Below, in pieces: positions 1-13,678 of a stretch of 64,000 nt of DNA. Source of the stretch: Octopus vulgaris (lineage: Eukaryota); the NCBI GenBank assembly GCA_951406725.2, contig OX597819.1, positions 76,322,001 through 76,386,000 of the forward strand. The letters are read 5' to 3'. Each line of letters starts with the position of its first letter. Position 1 is the stretch's first letter. The notes under the pieces were generated by a model. It had not been told where the DNA came from. It did no database searches and worked only from the letters and a program-made list of their open reading frames with translations. The position numbers and the translations under genes are program-made.

Positions 1-59
1 TAATAGTGTAGCACAAAACGGCGGTGTATCAGCATGGCCGCAGCTCTGAACTGAAACTA

Positions 60-62
<3 letters not shown>
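1..62 (+). mobile_element. 3' tail of a CR1/L2-group LINE (cut by window start), inverted copy of 155-215
   Basis: Reverse complement of 155-215 with one mismatch; carries GGCGGTG..CAGCATGGCCGCAG..CTGAAAC tail; ends in (TA)n. Confidence 0.7.

Positions 63-154
<92 letters not shown>
62..154. repeat. (TA)n microsatellite between two tail-to-tail LINE ends
   Basis: Direct reading. Confidence 0.95.
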
Positions 155-157
<3 letters not shown>

Positions 158-684
158 TAGTTTCAGCTCAGAGCTGCGGCCATGCTGATACACCGCCGTT
201 TTGTGCTACACTATTATTACTAAGAGCCTTCTCTAATATGTGGCACTTGGTGAAGAATGTAGTTTGATATAGCTACCCTCATTTGCACATCTTGCCGTGA
301 GGTAGGTTCATCTGGGACGCTGACAGGAAGAGGTCCAGCTTTGATTTAAAACCGCTACATCTACTTTGTTGAAGTTCCTCAGGCTCTTTCGGAGAATATT
401 AAAAAGCTGTGGGCCCTTGAAACCCAGGCTGTTGTAGTAACTGGTCCTGGTGCATGATGGCAGTGCTGGATCTTTGGCACTATGCAGTGTCATCCCATTC
501 TGGCATTGGTGTAGCTTTCAATGCCAAAATTTGGCACAATTCCCTTCCAGGATCTTCCAGATATATATTACTGCATACCTCTCCCGTCTACTCTCCAGGG
601 AGTAGAGTCTTAGCTGTTTCAGCCTTTCCCAGTTGCTGAGCTGTTGCAAAGAGACGATCTTCTTTGTGAATATTCTCTGGATTG

Positions 685-685
<1 letters not shown>
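155..685 (-). mobile_element. 5'-truncated, frameshifted CR1/L2-group LINE 3' fragment
   Basis: Translations AIQRIFTKKIVS..WERLKQLRLYSLESRRERYAVIYIWKILEG and NSLGFKGPQLFNIL match the 37107-37673 ORF; (TA)n on both sides. Confidence 0.85.
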
Positions 686-736
<51 letters not shown>

Positions 737-996
737 GTGTGTGTGTGTTTTATCTTGCTTTAATATCAAAAATATAATACCTGAAAACTACTTGTATCTC
801 AATTTTAAGATGCAAACTTTATTATTACATTTTAACACAATTTCCTTCGCTGTATTTAAATTACATCTTTATTTTTTAACCTACTGTTTGTATTTCAGGA
901 GAGGTTTCCAAGCAGTTCGTTTAGTAACAAAATTCACTGTATCAGAGAACATTTGTTAGATATTCCACGCTTATCCGAATTATATGACGAGACTTT

Positions 997-1051
<55 letters not shown>

Positions 1052-2961
1052 CACAGACACACACGCACATTTATAGATACATGAATGCGCGCATATATGT
1101 ATGTGTATATGTTCTTATAACTTCTATGTTTTTTTTAATTTCTGATATATAGTTCAGCTTTAAAGACCACGTAAGTAAATAAAACTGTTCTAAGTTTAAG
1201 ATATAATCAACATAGTAGAAATATTTTTTAAACATTTTGCAAGGATTTTAAAAATCGTTATTTGCACTGTATACAGAGAGATCTAAAGCGATTATTAATA
1301 TGTTCCAGACATTCAAACACATGTTGTGTCTCATCTAAATTTCAGCCTAAACAAGCTAGTGGCTTTGTTCATAATTTCAGAAAACAAAATTGTTTGCTGA
1401 ACAGTGCTTATATCTACCACCCGATAAAAATCGTTATTTGTACTGTGTAGAGGGAAATCCTCAAAGATGATTTGCATATTCATTACTAATGTTATCCGGC
1501 AGAGTGAACGAAAAAATGCCATGTGGTCTTATATACTTCACAAGAGAATAATTCCCACTTTGTACAGATTGTATATAAAACATTTGACTTGGTTTTGATT
1601 AGCAGTTATTGATGTACATCTCGTCTTTAAAACACAATATTATGAAAACCAATGATATCATTTGGAATATAGTGCTATTTTCAAACATATAATCCAACTA
1701 ATAACATTCATAATCACTTTCCCTAAACAACCATATATTGTTGTATAGGAATTCAGTTTCATAAATCTATTCAGTACTTATATCTTGTTGAACAAGAAAG
1801 GGGAACGTTAGTCGCAATATCTAACAGCACCTAATGTCTTGACGTAAAACGCCTTTCAATATATTCAATAAAATCCGTGCTAATACATGAAAAACTAATA
1901 TATACGTACCATTTAATGATAATCCACTTTTATTTTGTTAGCTCACTCATTGGCTCTAACAAAGAAGATTATAACTTCATTTCAGATATGTTGATTTTAT
2001 TTCTTGGGGCAATTATTCTTAATGTTTATAGGCGGAATATTTTTTATCGATATTATTAGCTACTCAACTATTCAGTCGGTTTGATCTCTGATTCAAACGT
2101 TGAATATTTTAAAAGTGACGTTCATTAAATTAATGGTTCGAAAAATTAAAATTTTATTTGAGGACACATTTAGTGCTTTGCTTTGGCATAATGTAGCATA
2201 CAATCAGTGACTGAAGTTAATGATTTATGCAGCATTGAACTTAATAACGTCTAGGATGTATTTCAGTGTACGCTTCAATAAGACTACTGAAGGACATCTA
2301 CTCGGGTAGATAAATTTTCCTTTATAGTATTATGTGGTGGAAAGACAAACATTTGGTAGAACCGGATCCACCTCATCTGGTTAAAATAAATATATCAAAT
2401 CAAATTTGCAAGTTCAATTTAACTTATTAGTTACAATGAAAGATATTGCTATCCATGATAACAAACCAAGCGCTGATAATTTACTCAGTAGGTTACAAAC
2501 AAGTTATCGATTCAATCAGCTGTAAATTTCAGGAACCCAGATGAACTAATTGAATTATCGATTAAGTTAAATTTCAGCCAATCAGTCATAGTGTCTCTTC
2601 CTTGGGATTGGTGACTGACAGACAAGAACGTTTTGACGAAATTCTATTAGCAACCAATACGTTACTGTTATTTCTTAGTTAGCTTAGTAATAAACTACAA
2701 ACCATTACTATTTAAGTAACTGTTCTAAATACTATTTAAAAAGCCCAAGAGTAGACATTAGATTTTGGAGTATCATTTCTGCAAATTGGTTTTAATTTCT
2801 TCACTTGTAAGAGCTTCACTGTTGGTCTTCATAAAGTCATGCAATGGTAAACAAACTCTTTTGCCTTCAGTTAATGCGACACCACAATGGGGCATTGTTT
2901 CCCATCTCGATTGAATATACTCTATCCAAATTAGATAACACCTTATAAATGTTGCAATATA

Positions 2962-3001
<40 letters not shown>

Positions 3002-3309
3002 TATTTATACATATATAACCATCACATTTGTGTACGTTGAATTACCCAGAACAGCATTAATCATATATGAAATCGTCATTTACACCGTATACACCAAGAT
3101 TTGGAACGGGTAATTTCATATCCATTCTTAAAATGTCTAGCAAAGTTTATAAGGAAAATATGTCAATCTCGGTAGTCTGTGTCACAGGAGAATATCCTCT
3201 CGCTTTTACAACGATGTACACTACATCAATCAGCATATTTTGCGCCTGAACCTGCTTAGACGTGTCCATTAAATATATGCAAATATTAGTTGCATTTTTC
3301 ATTGTATAT

Positions 3310-3530
3310 GATGTGTGTGTCTTTTTTTCTACTGTTTGTCCCCCACCACCGCTCTAGAACGGGCTATGTTTTGTTTACATCTTTGTAACTTAGCAGTTCA
3401 GCCAAGAACCGATAGAATAGACGTCATGCCTTAAAAAACGAGTATTTGTGTCGATTCATTGGAATAAAATCCTTCATGGCCGAAGTCCAATAACTGAAAC
3501 AGATAAAAGATAAACGATAAAAGATAAAAC
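3310..3530 (+). mobile_element. Degenerate 3' half of the microsatellite-containing tRNA SINE family
   Basis: tgtttgtcccccaccacc..tttgtttacatc..taacttagcagttc..accgatagaat..ctgaaacagataaaagataaa resembles reverse complement of 58773-59000. Confidence 0.6.
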
Positions 3531-4190
3531 GATTTGTAAATATTGTTTAATATTGATTTCATCAAAGAAAAAAGAGAGAAAGATCACATATCTATGAAGT
3601 AGTTTGATATCGTGTAAACTCTATAATATTCTATAATACCACCGACATTATATACCGGAGATATAATGTCTATAATGCCAAAGATTTTATGCGTACGAGT
3701 ATTGACGTGACTCATACTAGAAATGAAATACGGCTCAAAAGCTTGTCTATCATGGGTTTAGGAGAAAAAGATAGAGGTATTCTCTGCAGTATTTACTGAA
3801 AATCAAATAGGTTATTTATTATATCGATGACTTGACTCATTTGCTGAGTTTATTCTCTGATTTATCTTTAACTTTAGAATACCGCATGTAAATGATTTTT
3901 GGTGGTTCAAATATTACGCACTTATGAGGAAATAAATGATAACATTGAAAGCTTAAGCGAACTGGGAGAAATCTTAACGTTTGAATGACATTAATGCCCA
4001 CAAGCAATTCATATATCTGCAGGGTGTTACCAATACATACACTTACACATGCACACATACATAGTTATAGAAATACATACAAAACATACAAATCTGCACT
4101 TATACATACATACATACATACATACATACATACATACATACATACATACATACATACATACATACATGTATACATACATGCATACATACA

Positions 4191-4652
4191 CTTGTTGATT
4201 TTGAAATTTCAATGACTAGTTTTTTCTTCTCGCTAGACACCTGGTAGCAAAAACATTTTCTAAATTTTCTAAATTTTTTTGCTACCCTGGAATTAATTAA
4301 TAATGATATAATGACTTCTGGCTAATTTTGAAAGAAAATCGGCATTTTTCGTACCTACTGCCGAAAAAACCGCGCTCGCGCGGTGGATTTTGAAATTTTA
4401 TAACATGTAAACACGAGGTATGTTCTGTATCACCTCGTCTTTATATGTTAATCTTGGCTTTCCTGCTGATGAGAGCTTCACCTAGCAATTTATTTTATTT
4501 GTGAAGATAGCTTGAAACCATGGTACAGGAAATAGATGGTAAATGTTTTTAGTTTTTATATTCCCTTTGGAAATTACCCCTAATAGAGGTTTAGAGTTTA
4601 ACTACTCCTTCTAGCGGGTCAACTATCCTGTTATGGCCATCTCTTATATGTT
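4191..4652 (+). mobile_element. Solo ~460-bp diverged monomer of the HHR-containing ~500-bp repeat family
   Basis: Collinear similarity to the array unit (ttgttgat, ctggtRgcaaaa..ttttgcYaccc, ttctggYtaatt, ctgccga, tttgaaa, HHR, ggtaaatgttttt, cctRttatggcc); flanked by microsatellites. Confidence 0.75.
4459..4532 (+). ncRNA. Type I hammerhead ribozyme
   Basis: tttcctg CTGATGA gagct..agctt GAAA ccatgg TA caggaaa: 7-bp stem I, 5-bp stem II, palindromic stem III, GUA site (cleavage after 4525). Confidence 0.9.
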
Positions 4653-4741
4653 TAAATGTACACTGTATTTACACACACACACATATATATATATACATAT
4701 GTATATATATATATATACATATATGCATGTATGAATGTATG

Positions 4742-4822
<81 letters not shown>

Positions 4823-5057
4823 ATATATTCTACATGGTGTACTCTTTAAATTAGCGTGTAAGTGGCTGAGTATTCAACAGGTATGTGTACACTTAGAGAC
4901 TCAGAATATATCTCAGAAAGAATCCTCAACAATTTCTATCTACGGAATAGTAAGCTTGAACTATAATAGAAGTCACTTGCACAGCATGGTACACGCTAAG
5001 TTCAATCCCAGTCCTCTTGAGTGCGCGTCGCAATGTTTAACTATTCAACGTAAATGC

Positions 5058-5213
<156 letters not shown>

Positions 5214-7254
5214 CCATGTATTTAGATTGGGAAACAATTCAAAACGGAATAATTCAAATGGTCAAAGGAAGTGTTAAATTCAAATAGTTAGTACAATAGG
5301 GGTTAATTAAAATTTTACAAATGAAATAATTAAGATCTGTAGTTTACATAATATAGGATAATTAGCGCTAAATTTAATCAAAGGGAAGTATTTAGTTCAA
5401 AGGGTGTCAATGTAATTCACAAGCTTCAGGCTTAAAGCTAAAAGTTCAACGTTGTCGCTTTTCTATTACGGACCCCAATATTTATGGTATAATTTCCTGA
5501 ATATCTAGAATATCGATCACAAGGTTACTGAAATAATTTGTGCGACATCGCTTTCTGTATCATTGCGCTTACTGTGGATGTAATTCCGTTTTCTGATCAC
5601 GCATTGCAAGGACAGCGGTTTGAAAATAAAGTGTATAATCTCATGAGTGTCTGCGTACTTTGAATGTAACTGAAATCAACTGTTGCTTGGATGTGCAACT
5701 TATAATTTTAATAGGCTGACTGACATCCTCATTTAATCCAATTTACCTTATCATGTGTCATGTTAAATGATGTGTTTGCATGTAGTTGATTAAATCGGTA
5801 GTTCTGGCTTATTCCGCTTGAGAACTCTTCATATGTTTAACCAGTGTCAAAAAGTGGTAGCCGAAATACAATGCCTGTTCATATAGTGAAATAACTTTTC
5901 AAAACTTACGTTAAATGATAGCTTCAAGTGCCGACATTCATGATTGTGGATCCAGGATTCAAGTATTCCGCCGGTTTTTAATTGGAATATATGCAGGAGG
6001 ATAATGTGTTGAAAAGACTGTGATTTAGATTTAGTTGTATCAACATCTCAGTTGCTTACAATTTGCAATTACTAGCGAGCAATATTTAATCTTGCACCTT
6101 TACAACTAACCTCAATTTGATTGTAGACATGTCTACTATGCTGTGGTTGAGATACCAAATATATGTTGAAAATGACTCAGTGTTTTCTCCATCTTAATTT
6201 CTGAAATAATGGGTTTCATGAGTAATCTACCTTGAATGTGTTTTATAAATATGTACGGACGATAAATTACCGTCTGTTTATGCCTGCTATCAATGTAGAG
6301 GCAATTAGTTATGTTTCATTAGTTTCTGGATGATTGTATAACATTTCTGCATTTTGTGTTATGGGTGCAAATTGCTTGCCCTCCATTGTCTAAGCTGATA
6401 ACTCTTTCTATAATAGAATTACTATTAAAATAATTGGTAATGTCATAGTAGTAATATTTTCAATATAAATTTTGATATATTTGCAACTGCTTATCGTATT
6501 GGCTCAATTGACTGCAATAATGAAAAATGTATATAAAAACAGCGGGTATATAGGGCGCGTGAGTAATTCACTAATCTCGCATTTAAAATACAGACATACT
6601 GGATTACTGCAACTGCATTCAAAGCCCGATATCAACACTAAGGCTATGCTTTGAGAAATACGAACAAGTGTAGCATCACGTCATTGTTAAAATATATTTG
6701 GTATCAAAAGGATGGAGATACAAACAATTAATCAAATAGCAGTAAACAGCAAAGGCGTAAGCAAATCACGGCGGGACAGTATTTACGACTTGTATGTGAC
6801 CAAGAAATATATGATACCCAAACACTATATTGAGATGGAGGAAATGAACACTTTGCTTATATTTGTATGCAAGAAAATTCAAATTACAATTTTTCAAACG
6901 CATGTTTGAAAAATTCTAGTTACCTGCTGGTTCTACACAAGATTCAATGTTAGTAAGACTTAACGTTTAAGGATAAGCGTGTAAGTTCCTTCAGGGATCG
7001 TTGTTTTTTTCAATGTTGTAATTACATCAAGTAATACTAATTAACTTTTATTTACCAGTTTAAAGATTTCTATTGAATTGTTAGAGTTTTAAACTTGTTT
7101 ACTTTTGCATGAAAAACAGTTATTTAATCTAGTAATATTTAAATTACCCCCACGCGTGTTTACTCAACTCTGTGTTTAAGAAGTTTGCTTTGCAAACAGT
7201 GGTGCAATGCTCTTGTGGTAGAGGCTAATATGCGGAAACTGCAGATAGCAGCCC

Positions 7255-7288
<34 letters not shown>

Positions 7289-7771
7289 GTGTGTGCATGT
7301 GTGTGTGATTGCAGGCACCGTTTCAAACAGATGATTGAAACAAATATGAGTACAGGCGTACAGTACGACGATAATTTATGCTATCCAATTTAATTACATA
7401 TTTGTAAATATAAATTACACACCTTATTTTAATAAATAATTTATATGCAAGACTCACGTGAGCACAGTTAGGTGTATTTCATTCGAGTGATATTGCCGAC
7501 TCCACGAAACGTACAATTGGTGAAGACAGAGGAATAGCCTGTCTAAATACACACAAAGGCACACATACGCGCATGCGTATGTATATTATTGAATGGAAAG
7601 TACAAGTTGTGGAAACATTCAGGAGCGATAGATATACGTAAATACACACGCACATGCACATACGTATAAACATAAGTAAATATGCATATGTATACATATT
7701 TGTGTTTGTGTGTATGTGCATGTATATGAATAGACATACACATCCACATATATACATACACAGAAACACAA

Positions 7772-7802
<31 letters not shown>

Positions 7803-7818
7803 TACACAAACACATACA

Positions 7819-7860
<42 letters not shown>

Positions 7861-8008
7861 TATCGTAATTAAAACAAGTATTAGTGTATATGTATGAAAA
7901 ATAAAAACGTAGCGATACTTTCTCACAGAAAAAAATGTTTACATCATATTTCAACTCGAGTTATGTTGGTACATGTATTGATAAGCTAAATCTGGCTTAT
8001 ATAATTTA

Positions 8009-8387
8009 CTAGCAGTATCGCCCGGCGTTGCTCAGGTTTGTAAGGGAAATAACTATAAAGCATTTTTAGAGTTATAGCCAAAAAAATAGCAAAAAAATGG
8101 GAAAAAAATGGTAAATTTTTTTGAGAGTTAAAAAGGTCGAGTTGCGTCCCCTAGACAGTCTGTGGTTTGTGTTTCTGATTCTCGACCCCATGTCGAATTT
8201 ATCGATTTTTTTCAGAACTGGGGGAACTTTTAAAAATTTTCGCTGCGTTAGTTTTGAATTATGACATTGGGCTATGTGTGTGTCAAGTTTCATCAGAATC
8301 GGTTGAAAGCCGTGGTCAGGGTGAGGGTACAACCAAACAGACACACAGAAACACTCACAGACAAACTGCCGTTTATATATAGAGAGA
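8009..8387 (-). mobile_element. Non-autonomous Helitron
   Basis: Minus strand starts TC, ends CTAG after a cctgagcaacgccggg hairpin; inserted between A and T; no TSD. Confidence 0.75.
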
Positions 8388-8599
8388 TATAAACATATGG
8401 GAACATATGGGTCTTTATATAAGAAAAGGCTTTAGTATAAATCTTTTTGAGATGTTATTTATGTATTATAGGAAAAAAAAAATTAAACTGATCTGGATCT
8501 GGTTTCATCTTGATTTCATTTAAAACGTTCAATCTATATTTCTATATTTTCGATTTATCTACATATATAAGAGAAAAAAAGTGTACATACGCCGCTATA

Positions 8600-8641
<42 letters not shown>

Positions 8642-8760
8642 AAATACAAAGTGGGACAAGAACGCAAAACATCCAGATAGACGATTACAAAACAACAAGG
8701 ACGGGTCGTTCGAAGCATTCTATCCTCAGTCAGGAACCAGATCATCTTCACAATTTCGGC

Positions 8761-8794
<34 letters not shown>

Positions 8795-9435
8795 GTTTAC
8801 ACATTTTATAATCTTTCAAGTAGAAGTTCATCAGAAATGAGCTATAAAAGCAATTAGCAGCCGGAAGCACCTACTGAGACCGATATTATTGGCTAAAATC
8901 TTTAAAGACAGTACATTAGCACAGCAGAGGACCGGTTACTGAAACGACTAACAGAATAACAGAAAATACACACACATATACACATACACACGCATGTATA
9001 TTTATATATGTATATATTTATATATATCTATATGATATATGTGTATGTGTGTATGTACATATAAAACGAAGTGTCAACGCTAAGCAGTGTGTAAATTTGA
9101 GCAGAATCAGGTAATTTGAAACATGTTTGTCACATATTTCAACTGCTAAAAGGTTAGTACACTGCAGCTGCAGTGGAGAATATATCTGTCTCATGGTGAA
9201 AAGGTCCGTTCAGTGTCACCATCTATTTGGAATCTGAGATGTTTCGAGTTTATTGACTTGTATCCATGAGATGTACCTAAGAGAGGCAACTGTAAACGAA
9301 GTTAATAAATTTGCAGCTTTATACATAATTCAGTCAACACGTTGACGGATTTGCGTTAGTAGATCGCCCGACCGAGGTAACTAGCGAAGAGTCAGCGCTA
9401 AGCAGCGTGTAAGTATGAGTAAAGTATATATACAT

Positions 9436-9492
<57 letters not shown>

Positions 9493-9756
9493 ACACACAC
9501 AAGGGTCGGCTATGGGACTAAGCTCTTTATAGATGCGAAACGATTGTCCATTATATGGCCGGACACATATTTATCTTATCAGTATATAAATACATTACTG
9601 CTATATGCTTTAGAGTTGCTTCTCTTGGATATATGATACATTGACGATATATATACATACATATATATATATATAAAAAATATATATGTGTGTGTTTGTG
9701 TGTGCGTGTGCGTGTGCGTGTGTGCGTGTGTGTGCGTGTGTGTGTGTGTGTGTGTG

Positions 9757-10030
9757 AAGGCGCATGGCTCAGTAGATAGGGCGTGGAGCTTATGATCATG
9801 AGGTTGTGAAATTCGATTTCCAGACCAGGCTGCGTGTTGAGTTCTTGAGCAAGACACTCTATTTCCTGTTGGTCCAGTTCACTCAGCTGTAGAAACGAGT
9901 CGCGTTGCGAAGTCATTGGTGCCAAGCTGTGTCGGCTTTTGCGTTCCTCTTGGATAAAATTGGTGGCGTGGAGAGGGGATGCTTGGGCGACTGCTGGTCT
10001 TCCATAAAATCAACCCTAGGTCGTGTGTTT
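9757..10030 (+). mobile_element. tRNA-derived SINE with CORE-like central domain
   Basis: A box-like TGGCTCAGTAG, B box-like ATTCGATTTCC, ttcttgagcaagacac..cactcagctgtag; homologous to 31112-31442. Confidence 0.8.
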
Positions 10031-10865
10031 GCCGTTGAGCTGTGTGTGTGTATGTATATATGTATGTATTATTTGTGTATAATGACAAGCTAATAAAGTG
10101 CATTGTATCATTCAGTGACAGTTATCATACGGTACCGAAGTTTTCAGATATATTTCTTGGGTAAATATCCCTGTAGCTCAACATCGCTCTTGATGTCACT
10201 CATCGAGGAAATAATGTGTCTGCCTCTGCGTGTGTCTACAGCTATAATTAAATTTCTGTTTCAAAGAATTTTCCTTGCCGATTCCTCCAACTATAGTACA
10301 CTTCTCAAATGGACTTACAATTGATGTCTGTCATTCGTTTTCTTTCACGTATTATTTTTTGTATGTCAAAAGGTTTTTTCTTTTTTCGTTTTGCTTGTTT
10401 GAAAGTTTGAACTTTCTTGTTCCCTGCTTCTTTTGTAATGAGAATTGTTTTGTCTTGTTTTCTTATAGGTCGCTGAACATTATCAAGTGAAAATAAGTTT
10501 ACCTATAGGCTATTTTCGTATTATATACGTGCAATAAGATATAATTAGAAATATAGAAACAGAAAGGAAACAAATTTATTTGGCCATTGTATATTCTCAA
10601 TGTAGATATACAAAGCACATCGGCATATATGTATATATATATCTGTGTGTGTGTGTGTGTGTGTGTATACAGGGACAAAGAGAGACAGAGATTTATTATT
10701 ATATATGAAATATTTAATCATAATGAAGGGTACTTGGAAAAAGTACCAGCATGCTAGAAATAGAAGTAAAAAAAACTCTAAACTACATATTTCACTCTAT
10801 TGCACAATGGGAATGCAAAGAAACGAGCAAAATAATTTTGACCACATTTAACGTATAAATAGATA

Positions 10866-10920
10866 ACCTATATCAAGCGATTTCAGGCTCTGTAGTAAAT
10901 ACTCAACCCTCTTCAGTGAG
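10866..10920 (-). ncRNA. Degenerate type I hammerhead ribozyme
   Basis: Minus strand: ctca CTGAAGA gggtt..agcct GAAA tcgcttga TA tagg; core and stem II intact, stem I eroded. Confidence 0.5.
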
Positions 10921-11133
10921 ATTCACCATAATTAGTACATATACGTGAATATATATATACATACATGTACATATACATAGATATACAGAAACTAACATAC
11001 ATACATTCACACACATATACGCGAGGCCAATCAATCCGCCCATATACAATGATCGAAGTGATAAAACAGGTATATAAAAATATGTATAAAATATACATAC
11101 ATATCTATCTATCTATCTATATATATATATATA

Positions 11134-11625
11134 TAGTGGTTCATCCTATAAATAATACGAGTTTTCCAATTGCATTAACTAAAAGTCGGAGGAGGACCGG
11201 ATAAACTACCTGCTTCAACTTGCTATAAAAGCAGGTAGTCATTGTACCTTGTAATTATTCTTAGTCCATATTTTGAAGAGTGCAGTTCGATTTTAACAGT
11301 TATTTTTTCATCGCTTTAATGGGAGTGACAAAGAAGCATATTCGGCATATTTTCCTTTATGAGTTCAATAAAGGCAGCAAGGCAACGGAAAGTGCGAGGA
11401 ATATTAATGTAGTATATTGAGATCAGACAATAAACGTAAGCCAGTGTCAACAGTGGTTACAGAAATTCTGAGTCGGAAGAGGGGCCTTGCAAGTCTACTA
11501 GATAGATGGAAGAGTATAGTAGAAAATAAAGGAAAGCATATTTTAGGCTAAAAAAGAAATTTCTTTATCCCACTTTTGAAAAATAAAAGTATAAAAAAGC
11601 GCATTATTTATGGGATGACCTAATA
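11134..11625 (+). mobile_element. Internally deleted mariner transposon
   Basis: TIRs tagtggttcatcctataaataatacg / cgcattatttatgggatgacctaata in TA context; translation MGVTKKHIRHIFLYEFNKGSKATESARNIN..QWLQKF (mariner HTH) and C-terminal LLDRWKSIVENKG. Confidence 0.85.
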
Positions 11626-11931
11626 TATAAAAAGATAAAATTATCATTATAAAATAACAATAATAATATCAGTGGCCAGCATGCAAGTAAAAAATAAAGA
11701 GGCAAAAATTAACATAGATTTATAATTATATATAAATATATAATCATAATGAAGGATACTTGGTAAATGTACCAATATGCTAGAAAAACATTCTAAACCA
11801 CATATTCACTGTAATTTACAAGGGGAATATATTTTGTATAGAATTATAAATCTTTATTAATTTTTCTTCTATGGTTTTTAATAGCAAGCTGGTCACTGCT
11901 GTTATTATTATTATATTATAATAATTTTATC

Positions 11932-12012
<81 letters not shown>

Positions 12013-12019
12013 GCATATA

Positions 12020-12172
12020 TGGCTACAGAACGTCAGAAACAGTAGACAACATGATGTGCGAAAACAAATGAGTTAAATACGCAAACGACGAAATAAAAAT
12101 CGAAAACCGGGCAAGTAACACAAAAAACGACCCTTCATCAGTTTTCGGCTGTCTATCTGCTCCTTATTTCGA
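12020..12172. repeat. Dispersed repeat fragment, paralog of 12685-12830
   Basis: Shared acaacatga..aaatgagttaaatacgcaaa..acgacccttcatcagtt..tcggct; next to (TA)n. Confidence 0.6.
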
Positions 12173-12680
12173 TACAGTTGCTCCCATAAATATCAAAATA
12201 AAATTTTGGATTTACGGGAGGCCAAATTTGGGAGCGAAAACAGGACAGTGGAGTCATACAAAGAAACCGAACGAAAACAAACATAGAGGGTCGTTAAACC
12301 AGAATGAGGGGAAATAGCGAACGCTGAGAGAAATATCTTCTTTAAAAAGAGAAAAGATAGAACAGAGAAAAATAGAAGACGTCCAGTGCTTAGGATGTCG
12401 TGGAGAGAAAGAAAGAGGTTCACGTGAGGAAAAGAAAGATGGACGATGGTCACTTTTGAGCAACGACAGAGAAAAAGTGAAAGAGGCGAAGAGAAAGAGA
12501 AAGAGAGAAAGATAGAAAACGGTGAAAGGAACAAAATGGAATTCTAGAAGTATGGGTAGAAAACAGTATAGATTAGAGTCGCATCAAAACGGTGTAGATA
12601 ACCTCGCTCGGAATTGGATGCGTTGTGTTCAATTAAATAATGATATAAATAATGTGTATATATATATATATATATATGCA

Positions 12681-12948
12681 TATATGGGTACTAGACGTCA
12701 CCAACAGTGAACAACATGAAGTATGAGAAAAATGAGTTAAATACGCAAAACAACGAGAGAAAAAATGGAAAACAGGACAGAACGAACGACCCTTCATCAG
12801 TTATCGGCTATCTATCAACTCATTTCGAGCATTCAACAAAAATGTGTATCGTCCTGTTTTTCATATTTTCACCCGTTGTTTGCATGTCTAACTCACTTCT
12901 TTTCGTTCTTCATGTTGTTTACTGTTGGTGAAGTCCTGTACCCATATA
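12681..12948. repeat. Imperfect foldback (inverted arms ~100 bp) between TA tracts
   Basis: tatgggtactagacgtcaccaacag..gaaaacaggac pairs with gtcctgttttt..ctgttggtgaagtcctgtacccata. Confidence 0.7.
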
Positions 12949-13102
12949 TACTTATATATATATATCCGTAATAATGAAGGGTGAAATTAATTAATTTGGA
13001 ATAATTATCAATTACACCAAGTAGTCCTCGGCATGTATAAGCCACATAAATTCGGTATGTGGTAAGGCAACTAGTTGCTAAACCCTTTATTGCTTAGTAT
13101 TA

Positions 13103-13146
<44 letters not shown>

Positions 13147-13147
<1 letters not shown>

Positions 13148-13678
13148 CTACAAAATTAGAGAATGGAGAAACATACTTAAATCAGTAAAACATCAACTAT
13201 CCGATGATACTCAATCCATACTTTAATACACCATTACATATGAGTAAAGGCAATATATAAAATGAAATGAGATATACAGTAATAGTAAAAGTAAAAAGAT
13301 AAAGAGATATAAGTAAAATTTCAAATATAATATGCAAATAAACCAAAACTGACAGCTGTTTCGGCAGTGAGGACAGTCATACCTCATTTAACCTATAAGC
13401 CATAAAGGCAGGTCTGCCTTTATGGCTTATAGGTTAAATGAGGTATGACTGTCCTCACTGCCGAAACAGCTGTCAGTTTTGGTTTATTTGCATATTATAT
13501 TTGAAATTTTACTTATATCTCTTTATCTTTTTACTTTTACTATTACTGTATATCTCATTTCATTTTATATATTGCCTTTACTCATATGTAATGGTGTATT
13601 AAAGTATGGATTGAGTATCATCGGATAGTTGATGTTTTACTGATTTAAGTATGTTTCTCCATTCTCTAATTTTGTAGT
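13147..13678. repeat. Perfect 532-bp palindrome (265-bp arms, 2-nt GT spacer at 13412-13413)
   Basis: Arms read as exact reverse complements; each holds a hammerhead half-core GAAACAGCTGTC (13463-13474 on +); right arm continues uniquely to ~13850, then (TA)n. Confidence 0.9.

Noticed and set aside
5300-6470. Possible highly decayed Penelope-like RT on the minus strand (..LLMKPIISEI..)
   Set aside because: Only faint motif resemblance with many stops; needs tBLASTn or an HMM search.
8695-8760. Hammerhead-like CTGACTGA..GAAC on the minus strand
   Set aside because: The core is non-canonical and stem I does not pair.
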